64,000 bases of DNA from Sphagnum compactum (lineage: Eukaryota): NCBI GenBank assembly GCA_965153455.1, contig OZ234493.1, forward strand, positions 26,898,213 to 26,962,212. Reading direction: 5' to 3'. A program made the translations under genes and the position numbers. Shown piece after piece: positions 13,697-27,347 of this stretch; the first letter of the stretch is position 1; each line of letters opens with the position of its first letter. Under the pieces are notes generated by a model. The model saw only the letters and a program-made list of their open reading frames with translations. It was not told the origin of the DNA and did not search any database.

Positions 13697-14729
13697 ACAA
13701 TTTCATGCCTTCTACAAAATGTTTTCAAACATTTGATATTTAAAATTCTTTTCCATCATCATTTTGTTATTAATGTTTAATATCCACTTGCTTGTTGGAG
13801 CTTCAATCATGCTTTCAAACTCCACAAAAGATGAATTATTCTTGGATCATAACAATTCTAGCATATGAAGGAATTGTAGCCATTCATCTAGTCAACATAA
13901 TGTCGAAAGCTCCAATAAAACAAGCGACTTTTATTGGTCCTCAAATACTATATTTAAAATCTAATGACTTTAAAGCTAGAAACCCATTTTTTTCTAGCAA
14001 CATTTCCTCCTATTGCTTGCTAGGTTTGCAACTTTCACAACAAAAGGATATTGTGGACAAGTTTGGAAGTCAAGCAACTCTCTTGCTAATAAGGTGAAAT
14101 AATTGAGACTCAATGCACATTGCTTGCATGCACTAAGGAGCAAACTTTGTTTTTTTAATGTGTTTGCATCTTATCTACACTTGTTACATTGTTTGCAAGT
14201 ATGTGTGCAATTTTTTTAAAGGATTTTTTGGATGAAGATTTAGCAAAAATGAACCATATGTAGTGGTTGCAATCCTTTCATTCCCTACTATATAATCTCC
14301 AAGTTTTAATGGATGAAAATGCATTGTATTTCTAGATGGGTTCAATTGATGTAGCCACCATGGCCCAAAAGTATATTTTTGTTACATGCATGCAATTGTG
14401 CATGTGATGGAATTTTCACACATTGAAAGAGTTGAAAAAATGAAAGTCTTATTATATACATTCATTTTTGCTTCATAGGTACTCATACACTTTTACATCA
14501 TTCCCCATTCAATTTTGCTTGTTAGTTAAGTTTTGGCCAAAATATTCCATAGAGTAATAAACACCCTTTCAACTCCTCCATCTCAATTCCATCGTCACAC
14601 ATTAAATATTGATCCTTTGGCTAATAAATATTTTTTGATTTTAACTATTTGTGCTAATTAACATAAAATGATCATGCTTTAAATTAAAAAAACTTTGTGC
14701 CATAGTTGTGCTTTAAATGTTAAGGGCCT

Positions 14730-15010
14730 AACTATTGTCTTTTTTTGGCAAACTTTTGTCATTTTTTGACTTGAAAAATATGATTTTGACACATAGACAT
14801 GATATTTTTGAAAAAATGGCCCTAATTTCCAAATTTTCAAAAACTTAAAAATCACCAGTTTTTACAATAGGTTCCATGAGGTAAGCAAAAATGTAAAAGA
14901 ATTTTTTTTAAAAAAAGATTCATAATTGGCTTATAGCCAAATTTGGCTAAATCTTTTTAAGGATGATCATTAGTTTGGTTACGTCACAAAATTGAAGAAA
15001 AGAACCCTAG
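14730..15010. repeat. Short dispersed repeat (MITE/SINE-like), related in inverted orientation to 59040-59130
   Basis: Both carry the palindrome gccaaatttggc. The stretch ...gttacgtcacaaaattgaa resembles the reverse complement of ttcaaatttgtcatgtagc. Confidence 0.5.
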
Positions 15011-16397
15011 GCCCATGTGAAAAATAAGATCTAAAGTTCACACTTCTTAGAGTTGTTAATTTTTTAAAAAAATCATTATTGAGAACTTTGGGAATTAATT
15101 CTAGATTAATGGCAAGATCAGTTATCATCCTAAATAGTTAATCATATGGATTTTCAGCACTATGATAAAAATAGGTGGAATTTTTTAGACATGTTTTATA
15201 AACTTTAAGCCTTTGGATTTGCTTATGGAACTTCTTGGAATTTGCAAATTGGTTGGAACAAAAGTTGTTTATGAATGTGATTGAAGCAATTGTCATGAAT
15301 TGTGAATTGTGAACCATGAGCCATTGTTATTTGTTTATCTTACATATCATTACCATACTAATATTCCTTTTCTTGCAACGTTGGACTACATTTTGTTTGT
15401 GTACAAATTGTTTTCTTTGTTACCAACATAGTGAAAAAATTCTTTGGTTTGGATGAAATTGATTTCCATGAATAAACATAATAATATCTATCAATTGTTC
15501 ATGTTTGAGGGTTTAAAATTAAGCATGATAAACATGAATGATCTAAGGTATCACCTAGATTAAATTCACAAATTTGACCAAATCATGAAAATTCATTCAT
15601 AACATGGATGAAACAACATCCATGGATGAAAATCACCATTGTTCATATAATTAAAGGTTGTGGCTTGTAATGTTTGTCATCACAAGATGGAAGGGACAAA
15701 AATGACAAAATGAAATTCAGATTTTGACCGAATTTTGAATTTTGTGCTAATTTGAATTTCAGTCCCCCATTTAAGCCCGATTAACATTTTTCATTGTTTT
15801 TTAAAAATCTCAACCTCCTTATGAGCAAACATGGGTCCTTGTATTGTGTTTTCCTTACTTTGTGGATATTTGTAATAATCAACTCACACAATTTTTTTCA
15901 TTTGGATTTTCCTTATGAAAAATGGCAAATACCCACCCAATATCATAGGAAAAACTAGACTTGTCATCCCACCCATGATAAGTCAATTCTCACATCACAA
16001 GTCATTAGTCAAATTGCTTAATATGGGCTAGTTCCCAAGTTTATGTTAGATATATGAAATCATCATTTTTATTTATCAAAACTTCCAATTGAACCACTAG
16101 CTTGTGAGAGATTTTTTGGTAACAAAGAATTGCACAAAGTTGTCCTCCAAGATGCAAGCATGAAACATGCAATGCTTTATCCCATTATCATTATATCCAT
16201 TTACGTCTTCCACAAGAATGTGACTTCTGTGAAGTTATATGTGTAATTTGTAATCAAATGTTGTAAGTTGACAACAAAACATAGTAATGTACACATGCTG
16301 CAAGTTGGCCATAGAACATCTTATCAAACAAACATACTATCATGCAAGTTCATCATTACTCAAAGTATTGTCCTTTCAAGGATGGTACATTCACCAT

Positions 16398-16519
16398 TTT
16401 GAAAATAACACACCAAGTATATCTACCATCCAATCCAGTTTGAAAATAACACACCAAGTATATCTACCATCCAATCCAGTTTGAAAATAACACACCAAGT
16501 ATATCTACCATCCAATCCA
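16398..16519. repeat. Near-perfect tandem repeat, 3 x 41 bp
   Basis: Unit tttgaaaataacacaccaagtatatctaccatccaatccag starts at 16398, 16439 and 16480. Confidence 0.92.
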
Positions 16520-19500
16520 TTTTGATGATGCCATGTAGAATGGGTCTCATAATCTTTTTGTATAGTAACACATTGCATGATGATTACAATATTGAGCTTT
16601 TCATTTGATCAATCTTGTCACAATGTTGAAGAGTTTAATATATCATGAGAAACATTCATATGTTCCAACCATTTAACCAACTCCACAAAATTTTGAAGGC
16701 CAAAGATGAAAATTCATAGTGTAGTCATAACCTTATGAGTGTTGTTCACAAAGTGTTAGAGTGTCACCTTCATCATCAATAGTAGCACAATGAACTGCAT
16801 GATTCCCCCACTATTTTTCTTAGCTCCTATGATGGGTGTAGACAAATATGTAATAATTTGCCAAAGATTTTGGGCAAAAGCATATATCCAAACATCTTTG
16901 TCCTGAGTTTTTTTGTCCAAGACTCTCATAATAGAATGATAAGGGGATATTAAAAAATATCATTACTACACCATCATAAGTATTAGTTCCCTTCATCTTA
17001 ATTTGATTTGTTGTCGTGCATATTATTATTTATTATAAAATCAAACACATACATGTGCACAATATAATCATGATTTCTTCATCTTGATGCTTACACCATA
17101 ATTTTCAAATTAATTTATAATCATAAGAGTCTGTTTATGAAATTAAAAAAACATATCCACAACAACAATTTAAAGGTAACATGATAATGAGTGCAGTCAT
17201 AACCTTGTGAAAAAAAGTTGCTCACAAAGGATCACGTGGTCACCTTCACCAAGAATAATAATGAATGAAGTGCCATGACTAACCACTAACTTCATCAACT
17301 CCTAATAGAAGGTGTAGAGGAGTAAATGATAATGAACCCCAATTTGTTGGACAAATGATTCTACAAAGTTTGCTTCTTCAATTTCCACAAGTAATGGGAA
17401 AACTCAATCATGATGTTAGTTAACATTCAAGAAACATAGTTCAAGAAACTACACGTGAATTACATAAAACACCTTCAAGCTTGGATGATGTATGTCATCA
17501 TGCTTTTGTTATCCCTCCATCAAAATAACAAGATGTTTGTATTGACCATGATCAAGTGTACATCAAATGTAGAATGATGAACAGTGCCAAAATTGCATGC
17601 TTGGTAGATGTCAAACCAATTGAGTTATTTGTGCAAGACATATATATTTACTAACAATGTCTATTCACAAGATAAGTAAAATTTAGATGGATCTCAAAGC
17701 TTGAATGAAATTGGTTTGTCATGCCACTATTTGACACAAAAACCATATTACTCTTTTGATTGCCATAAAATTTGTTCAAGAAATTAAAAATATGTTTTTC
17801 AAACTTTAGACATGCACATTCACCAACAAAACAAACCGATCAACAAGATCTATTTTTCAAAGTTTGCATTGGAGACAAAAGTTAAATCATAGATTCATTG
17901 AGGATTGTGGGGTATATAATTGCCAAACATAAGACAAAGCCCATGACAATAGTAAGTGACTTTCATGTTTGACATGCACATATTCCTTCCTTGTATGCTT
18001 TTAAAAAAGGACTTGGGAAGGCCAAACATGTGTGATTTTCCAAAAAAACGGAGAGGAAACCTTTAACCAAGTCAACATTTCTTTTGTTATAGATTCTTGT
18101 GAATTTGTGATTCATTCTTGTTTGTTTTTCTGTGACTATTATGGTCCATTTTACAAATCTCTTGATCATTTGCAAGCTTTTTAGAGGTGTGATTATTTAC
18201 ACTTGGAAGAAAAGGGTTTTCTTTGATATCTGGAATTCTAGAACACCAATCCTTTTTCAATTGGTTGTGAACGTATTTTTACAAGGAAATCGAACATCGT
18301 GATGGATGTCTTCCATGCGAAAGACAAAAGACACAATGAGGGATAGATAATGACAATTGAAGAAGAGATTGTTCTTTTCTAATGAAGAATAAAAAAACCA
18401 CACCAAAACAAAAACATGTAATTCACAAGACATGTTGCAAGAGTGAAGGAGGAGGAAAAAATAACGAACCAACACAACCTATTCCTTGCAACCCATGATA
18501 CTTTCTTAATGATTCTGGCTTGTTGAAGAGGATGATGAAGTTGTAGTGATGTGTTATGTCCCATTTGGTTAATAGGTAGTCCAAAATTGGCCTCGAAGCT
18601 TGATGGTAGAAAGGCTATTGCAATCATTGCCACACCTTAATAACTTACTCTCCACCCCCTCCCTCCCTCCCTCCCTCTCTTTCTTTCATTCTCATTCCTT
18701 CTTTTGCTTCCATTCCCTCCTCCTTACTTTTCGCAAATCTACATTTGCATCCAACAAACGCAATGCTGAACTATTTTTTCACAATTTTTTCCTAAAAGAC
18801 CTAGAACAACAAAGTAGCTTGCACAATTTGTTGTGATGTGAGTTGTGAAGGACTTAAGATCAGCATTTGATGAGATGCATTGCGACAATGTATTGTACTA
18901 AGTTGCATGACGCTTTTCACCTCATATCTTCTTTATGTGCGTTTACACATTTGTGAAAAACACTTTTGACGCATCTTCTTTTGTTACAATGTTTCATTTG
19001 CTTAAAAACATATCCAAAGTGTTGAAGCACAACCTACTTGTCCTCATCAAGCTCCCCATCCCACCACTTAAAGATTTTTCCTCTCTAACCTACCTTCTAT
19101 GACCTACCTCTTGATCCTTCAACTCTTGCATTTTAGGGTTTCTCCAACCTACCACCTTAGTTTTTCAACAATTTTCGACCCAAATAATGCAAGACAAATT
19201 GGGGTGCTAGAAAAGACATGACCAAAATACCCACTAGAGCAAGCATCTTTATTTTTGAAATCTGTCTTGAATGTAGGCATTATTCTTATGAATAACCATG
19301 CTTGCAGGCACATTAGAAAGTTCACTCTAGGGTTATTATGGATACCAAGAAATCATATATTAACACATTTGAAATTGTTTGTCATTTTTGTGAAGGTGTT
19401 GGGAAGTGCCCATGACATTTAATACTTATAAAGTACTGTATGTGTATACTATATCACCCACAATAATGTGTACCTAGTTAGTAATTGTTGTAAAGCACAA

Positions 19501-19617
19501 AACATGATTCAGTCTTTGAAGTGGTAGCACTAAACTGATGCATTTACTACTCCTCTTTCAAATCTCTCTCAAGTTCTTCCTTTCATCTTCTTACTACATG
19601 GTTTGTACATACTGCAG

Positions 19618-19907
19618 GGTGTGTTCACAGGTGAATGCGTGACCGATTTGAATCATGGGATTCTTTTGGTGGGCTATGGAACTGCCTCGGGCATTAGGCA
19701 CTGATAATTAAGAACACTTGGGGTACAAGTTAGCGACAATGGAATGCTTGGGTGATGCTAAATGCAAATGGGATTTGTGGAATGGACATGATGGCATCAT
19801 GCCCAGTCAACACAGGACCAAACTCAGGTTCAGCAGACACTCCAGGTTTGGGTGGTGATCAGGAAGCAGCTGGGCTTCCTCTTAATTATCATCATCACCC
19901 TGTTTGA
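19618..19907 (+). pseudogene. Papain-like (C1A) cysteine protease pseudogene, isolated 3' exon
   Basis: After acceptor ctgcag: GVFTGECVTDLNHGILLVGYGT (catalytic His region), a frameshift at the expected W-I-I-K-N-T-W-G motif, an in-frame stop, then GICGMDMMASCPV. No upstream exons recognised. Confidence 0.82.
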
Positions 19908-20403
19908 TTTTCTCACAATGTAATAATCAGCGCTTGGAGCTATTTTTTGGGTGGTGCCTATTCCTTTCTGTTTGCTTACAGTGAGAAATTGATAAAAAGC
20001 TATTGGATACCTACAACAATGCTCAAGTTTCAAAATCTGGATTCAATCTGCAATGATAGCCATGCAATTTTTTCTCAAAACGACATCATATTTTGGAATT
20101 GTATACAAACTCTTGCTAGTTATTGTATTGAACAATTGAATTGTTCATATGTCCATCAATTCATAATACAACGAGAGTTTAGGATGTTATTCACTTTTAT
20201 CACAAAATTTTGTCCAAATATTTAGAGAGTCACATGAAACATGTGTTGCAGTGAAAACTGTCAAACTGTGACTAGTTTTTGTGTTCACCGTACCATGGAA
20301 ACACCCTGGAGCCAATGGGTGTTCCACTAGGTCTTTCTTTTGCAACTGCATTCCAATCTTGGTGCAAGGTTTTAAAAGCCTTCACATCTGGAGTTGATTG
20401 AGG

Positions 20404-23400
20404 TTAATCCATGTAGCTGTTGGCCATGTCGCAGGACACCAGTTCCTCCTCAATTGTTGCCGCATCTGTTAATATGTCAGTTTTGCCAAAGCTTGCAAAC
20501 TTCAAAGGGGCCATTACTATTCTTTGTGGCTGCACAGCTTCAGCAGCTTTAGGGAAGAGCTGTTTCTGGGAAAACTGAGCTTGATGCGCAGGTTTGCTTT
20601 TCGGTATGCCCTGCAAGTCACTGATTGGACATATATAAGATGTCATTTAGAATTAGCTATAGCTTTGCATTTTTTCTATGCAAGCAAAAGAGAAAGAAGC
20701 ATAATATAACAGTCAATTCGATTTGATGAAAATATTCTGCCTATCCTAGCAATTTCTCTCTATGCAACACACCTCATCCAGGCCCACACACCCACAATCA
20801 CTTTCATCTGCTGGACACAAATGAGTTGGTGGTGTTCCAGTCATGTAATATCAACACTCATATTAGCTCTCTATGTCTTGTGGATGCCAATCTTCTCTCA
20901 CCACACAGGTTTTTTACAGTGCTCCAAGACTTGCAGATGATGATGCACTACTCTTTTATGTTTCTTTTGCCCTTCCCCCATTTTTGTCTTTCTGTCACTC
21001 TCTTATGAGTCAAAGCCAAAACTTGGTCTCTGAGTATAGGTCAAGTTTTCCAGTACAATCCAGTGCCTCCAATGGACTGTTGAATGGTCAGAGTGGATCT
21101 GAGGGAAGCAAACTGCTGGTGGATCCATTCAAGGACTGCTGTTTCAGCTCCTGTCACGCACTTCTCAGCATCAAGTTTCCTTCGCTCCTGCTCTGCTTGT
21201 ATCTGTCCATTTGCATTGACAACATAAGCAGCATTCTACTTTGCTGCTAATTGGGTCATTTGTGCCCCTGGCCTACCATATCCACATTAGCTTTTCTCCA
21301 ATTAGAGATAAAGAAATGGAATCCTTGTTCATCCAGTGTCATACCTCTCTCACTTGTAGATGCATAGCATCTATTTGCCTCCGTGTGGTGATCACTTCAG
21401 TCTCAAGCTTCTTTTGGTCTTCCAGATGCTGCCATTGCATTGTTTTTCTTTATAGTCCATAATAAATTGTAATTACCAGAGAACAAGCTCTAAAACTTGT
21501 GGTGAGATGCATGCTAGCAATTTAGAGAGGGTGGAATGATGATGGTGGTGGTGGACCTTGGCAAGCTCTTTGGCAATAGCTTCAGAGTAGCAAATTTTGT
21601 CAGCTTCCATCTTTTGTTCAATCTGCCTTACTCTATCTTCTGCTGATTTGATTTTCTCCTGTGCTTTTCCCTGCAAACAGAGGTTGTAGCTCAAGCACTT
21701 GAGTGTTCTAATTCTTTCCTTCTGTGAAAGAAGTCATCTGAATATGGTGAAGGCCCTGAGTCTTGATCAGAGTGAAAGAAGGTGCATTTTTACCTGTTCC
21801 CCGATCATCATCACTAACTTTTCTTCAGCACTGGCTTTTGCAAATTCAGATCTTGTAACTGCTGTTGTCTGTCGGGCAATCTGATTCTCATACTCCTCAG
21901 TGCTTGCTGCAAATTTCTGCCATTGTAATAAAATGGAGGGTGAAGTTCTTATTAATTTATTCCAAAAAAATTGTGTATAATCTTGAAGAAAAATGCCAGA
22001 GTGCTGGACTTTGAGTTCAGCAACCTTCCTTGCTTTGGTAATCTCCTTGTCCTTGGCCTCAAGTTGACTCTGTAAGAGTGCAATACACATGCCAAAGTCA
22101 GTGAGCATGCAAGCAGAAGCCTTATTCCTGAACTGAGAAACAGGGCAATTGTATTCAGCAGCAGAAGCAGGAGGAATCAGTAAAGCTTGAGAGGAGAGAT
22201 CACCTGCAGTGTTGCAATGTCAGATTTTAATGCAGATATCTTGCCGTTAAGCACTTGTTGAGCTGCCTCCTGAAATCATTCTTGCACTACAAAGCTATCA
22301 GTTATTACCAAGCAAGAAACTATCAGCCAGTTTGTGTCATCAGGCTTAGTGGTCCCAGGTGGAAATTAGACTGACCTTTTCCTGTAAGAGAGCTTGCTCC
22401 CTGTTTGCAATCCTGGCATCAAATGCCATTGCAACTGATTTGTGCTTTTCAGCCTCCTGCAGGAGCATCAATCAAAAGCACAAAACTGTCATTTTGCAAA
22501 GAATCTTGCCCAAAAAGTTTCAGAAGGAGAGACAATGTCAAGGTCATTTTTATTGCGCACCTGAACTGCTTTATCTTTTGCAGACTCCAAAGCCTGTAAT
22601 TCCATACTGAACTTTTTCTGCATTGCTTCCACCTGAAAAAGACAAAACCTTTTTTTGAATCAAACATGTTCAGCAAATAATCATCTTCCAGATCTCCATC
22701 AAAGCTTCAGATTGAAGAGAGCAGTAGCTGCATGCTCAAGCTTGAGTAATGGGAGAGGTGGGCTTTTCATGCTTAGACTCTCTTTTAAGTCTCATCTTGC
22801 TGATATCCAAATTTCAACAACTTTGTGTTTTACAACAGAGTTTTCAGTGGATTTTACAAGTTCCTGAACTGAGAAAATGGCAAGGTGAACTGGACATATT
22901 GTCACCTCTCCTGCATGCTTTTGATCATGTTGTGCAAGGTCAGTTTGCAGTCTCCGAATGATGGAAGAACTGTAGTCTGCATCAGAGCGAGCTCTCTCTG
23001 CAAAATCACAAGTTGAGCATTGGAGATATAAAACCCCATCTACTAGCTATTTTAGAATTGTCTTCATTTTTGCACATCATGGTGGTTTCGCTTTTGATCT
23101 TGGAATTAAGTTTGATCCCCTCCCTCTCAACAACAGATTGATGAGAGAATTTGGTTTGGAAACCTTCAGCAGCTTGCACCCGGGCAGTGTTGTCTTCTTG
23201 CAGCCTTGATAACTGATGCCACATAACATTGAAAACGTACAAGAATTTGCACTCAATTTATGTGAAATCAACCTGTTATCTATCACATGCAGGAGAAAGA
23301 AAAAAAATTCCTATAGATGTGGAGGATGCAGTGGTGCTTTTTCACCAAATCCTCAATTGATGGGAGTGAACTTCACAGGACTTGCCAATGTCCCTTTGTG

Positions 23401-25539
23401 GCTGTTAGTTATATTTTTAAGGTGAATTTTGTGTGCCACATTTGTATTTATCCATGACTGGCAAGAAAAAATTATAAGGGCACCTGATTCTTGAGATGTC
23501 TGCATTCCTTGCTTGATTCAGCTTCACCCATTTGCGCTCGCCTCTCTCTTTCCCTTGCATCCATCAATTCTGCCTGTTTTGGAGACAGCTAGCTAGACAT
23601 GTGAAGTGTTGATTGATTGCAGAAGGCTCTTGGTATCATTTACCTTAAATTGTAAGCATGCTGGGGTGGTTCATAACATGTGGCATGATGTCCTCAAATA
23701 AGAATACAATCTCTGATAAAGATTTGAAAGGAGAAGCATTATCACTGGAAATACACAATGTGAGGTGCAAGTGTAAGATCTTCTCACATTGACTGCTGAT
23801 AGCCGCATGGTTGCCACATTCTCATTTGCAAACATTTTTTCTTGAAGATCACTTATTTGCTGCTCACCAGAAAAAAAACAGAGGACAGTATCAGCTACGA
23901 CAAATTTCTACTGCAAAAGTCCTCAGAACGTGGAGTTGCAAGCTTTCCAAAGCAGATCTTTTAGGGTTTAGATTTTTGATAGTCACACGAGGTAGAGACA
24001 CGTATATTGTGATGAGGAGAATGCAAAAGAGAAGATATGGATCTGTAGCCTGTTTGGCTCTGTTGAGCTGCAATTGAGTCTCCCCGCTTTCCTTCTCAAC
24101 ATATTTCCGAAGCAAATTCTCTTCCTTCAGTTCAACTCGGGATGTCTGAATGTACTCAACAACAAACAACACAAATGAAAAGCTAACCACCACCACCACC
24201 ACCACTGCTGCCCAAGGTTTGAACCTTAAGATTGCATTGCATGAGCCACTGTTTTTCTCCAGCTAGAGCAAAACCTCAAATCCAAGGTTCATTGTTGGCA
24301 CTTTGTGTAGTAGGTTCAAACACTCAGACATTGTTATCCACCTGTGACTTTGCCAGGTAAAATTTCTTAATGGGAAATGAACCAACCTCAAGCTGTGAAT
24401 CGGCTGCCGCCTTCTGTAATTGCACCTCAAGCACTTCTGCTTTAGTTGATGCCTGTGAGAAATCAGCACAGCCCCATGGAAATGAGTCTAGAACTAGCAA
24501 GAGAAGTAATCCAAAGAAACTGTAGACCGAGAATGTCAAGTTCCTGAATTCACAGTATGGCATCTGAGAAACTTGATGTTTTCCTGCTCATCAGTGGCCT
24601 TCGTCTAAAAGAGAGAGACAGAGACAGAGACAGAGAGAGGTTCTGTAGGAAGAGAACATTGCCAGCTCTTGCCGCAGGCTGCCTATCTCCTTCTGAAGAG
24701 AACAAATCCTCTCCAGGTTCACTTCATCAATCTCAGCGCCAGTGGTTGGGCTCTGTACATAGCAAGAGCCAGATGTTAGTTGTGTTCATGGAATAATGGG
24801 TTGCTAAATTGGGAATTCATGATCAAAATGTTCTACTGAAGAGCCAGACTTTGATGGTCAGACGTGTTGGAGTGTAAGACTTAAGTCATTGTAAAGCTGT
24901 TGCACAGTCAGGTTGAAGAATAAGTTTTGGTCAGAATTCCAGGATCTCCTGGATTTACTCACCAGTGTGGAAGCTTCGTGTTGGGATAGGGGTACAGCTA
25001 TCATTGGCTTGCGCACACGATTCTCCTCCAGCAACTTGTCTATACAAACTCCAACACCAACTTGGATCATGGCCTTGAGTTTGTCTTTCACATTACAAGC
25101 TGGTCATGAAGAAGAGCTGGACATTTCAGCTTCATGTCTAAACTGTCATCTGACAAGACTCCCAAAGGAAGGAGCCTGGATTCCTCCAATGAACATGTGT
25201 ACAAAATAATCAGGAATACTCAGATGAAGGAATGTACCAATCTGCATTTGGACAGAAGGTGGAATACCATTCCCTGCCAAGCGAACATCAGTCAGGACAC
25301 GGTTCTTCTGCAGCATTCCAATCAAGGCAGCAGCACCGCCTGGTCCAATCTCATTCCAACGCAGATCTGGAGAGGAAGAAGCAACAAATTCTCATCATCT
25401 CAATGCCTTCTTAATTCAAGCCTCCCAGTTCCTGCGAGCTCAAGGTTCATCCTAGAGGAGAGATCAGATCACCTTATGATGCAGTCTGGGTCCACCAAAA
25501 CACCACCAGAGGCTCTACAGTAAAAAACTGACTCCAATC

Positions 25540-25579
<40 letters not shown>

Positions 25580-27347
25580 GAGAGTGAAAGAGGAGAGAAT
25601 GGCAGCAATTGTGGGACCTTGCAGAAGTACCAAGACATGTGAGTGAGAAATTGCTGCGAAGGGCATGTGCCAAGGCTGCAGCTGTTGATGGACCAATACG
25701 GTTGCTCCGTAAATCCACCTGTAGAGAGCAACCACGATTTGCATTGATGACAACAAAAGACATAAGAGATTTTCATAAGAAACCCTTTAAGCTGGTTGTA
25801 GTAAATGAAGCAGCAGAGCTCAAAGGCAAACCTCTTGCAGTGAACGATTTGAAGCTATGGCAGATGAGAGAGCAGAGATTCCTGTGCGAGCCAAGCCCAA
25901 GCTATTCCATTCCAGTGACAGCCTGCATTTTTCAAAAATGCTCATCTCATTGTTTCCTCTCTGCAGCATCTTCTTTAACATGGGCATCAAGGAGCTCCAA
26001 GATATTGTGTGTGTGAGAGAGAGGAGGGAGGGGCAGGGAGAGGATGGTGAAGAAAGATTAGGGTTCACCTCTTCAAGAAGGTAGCACTACGAACAATTTG
26101 AGCAAGGTCATTCCCTTTGTAGATGTTGCATCCTGCATGAAGGGAACCGGCCATGAACAAATTAATGTCTGCAGCCATGGCAATTTCGGTTTGTTTTTTG
26201 TCACCATCATCATCAACTCCCCAGCTAGCTTGTCAGCTATGAAGTGAAGAGGTCATCATCAGGGTTTGGCCTTTTTCCTTTTTTCTTACCACTTAGGTCA
26301 AGCTCTGTGAGTTTTTCATTGTTCTTGATGACACGAAGAAGAGCTTCACAGCCTGCAGAACAAAATCCATGGGTGTTACGTTACTGGGACGGTTTGACGA
26401 TGCTGTGAAATCCTGAAGTTCTAATGCAATCGAAACTTTTGTGTAGATAGAGGAACTTCAGATTGCATTGCAGAGTTTGTCTTACCACTATCACAGATGG
26501 AGCGATCACAAATCTTGAGAGTGCCACCTTGCTTGCTGAGATCAATCTTCTTGAGTTGCTCCGACAAAGTAGTACCTCGAAATGAAGAATGTGCGTCTGC
26601 TGTCTCTCTTTGGTCTCTAGCAGCACTGTGCTTATCTATCTCCACTCGGTTCCTTTCCTTCTTCATATCTAACATACTCCTCTGTCTCCCGTCCAGCAGC
26701 GTTCTCACTCTATCAACTCTATGGATCATCTCCTGTGTAGCAACTGCTGCTGCTCTCTTCCCGGAACCCAACGAGTCTTCGTCCTCTTTCTGCTTGTTGT
26801 TGAGCTCATAATAACGGTCTTCTACTTCTCGCACTTTCACCGGAGGAGGAACTCGAATACTACGATTGTTAGGGACACTGTCAAAATGATCCTCCCCAAC
26901 TCTCGCACACTCGTACTCTACAAGCAGCAACTCTGTCAGATTGTGATCATACGCAATGTCAGCGCTCGATCCATGTCCACCTGCTCGATCTGATTCTCCC
27001 TGCGGGTGGTGGTGGCGGTGGTGGTCTTGGCTAAGAGCAAAGACGGCGTCTTTTCCAAGAGACGCCTTCTCTGTGACCTCAATCTTCTTCTTCTTCTTCT
27101 TCTTCTTCTGCTGCCGCCGCCGCCTTTGTTCGAATTCTTGAAAAGATTCCGGTTGGAAGCTGCTCAATGTCATTGGCACTTGCGCGATAGATTCTACTTC
27201 ATGGATTATACTCTCTTCCTCATCAATTGCTGCTGCTTGGTGCATTCGACGTTGGCTCAACTCATTCCCCAACACTGAAGATGCTGATGAGGATGGTGAT
27301 GCCTCTCTGCTTGACCCAGAGCTGTCTGTTTCTCTCTCACGATCCAT
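20404..27347 (-). CDS. RNI-like LRR plus long coiled-coil protein, LRRC45-like; multi-exon
   Basis: GT-AG exons 27347-26486, 26352-26290, 26132-26069, 25922-25832, 25718-25631, 25366-25238 and 25039-24963 splice in phase. They give ...ELDLSG...RLSLEWNSLG...VDLRSNRIG...DLRWNEIGPGG.AL...LAGNGIP, matching the recalled LRRC45 LRR series. Many short E/K/Q-rich coiled-coil exons follow (boundaries not fully resolved); putative stop at 20404. Confidence 0.82.
25542..25590. repeat. (GA)n microsatellite in an intron
   Basis: Direct run of gagagaga. Confidence 0.9.

Noticed and set aside
16398-16519. CRISPR-like array
   Set aside because: Units are contiguous with no unique spacers, the context is eukaryotic and there are no cas genes.
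25609-27278. Plus-strand ORFs overlapping the LRRC45-like gene
   Set aside because: Antisense shadows of coding and low-complexity exons, with no motifs.
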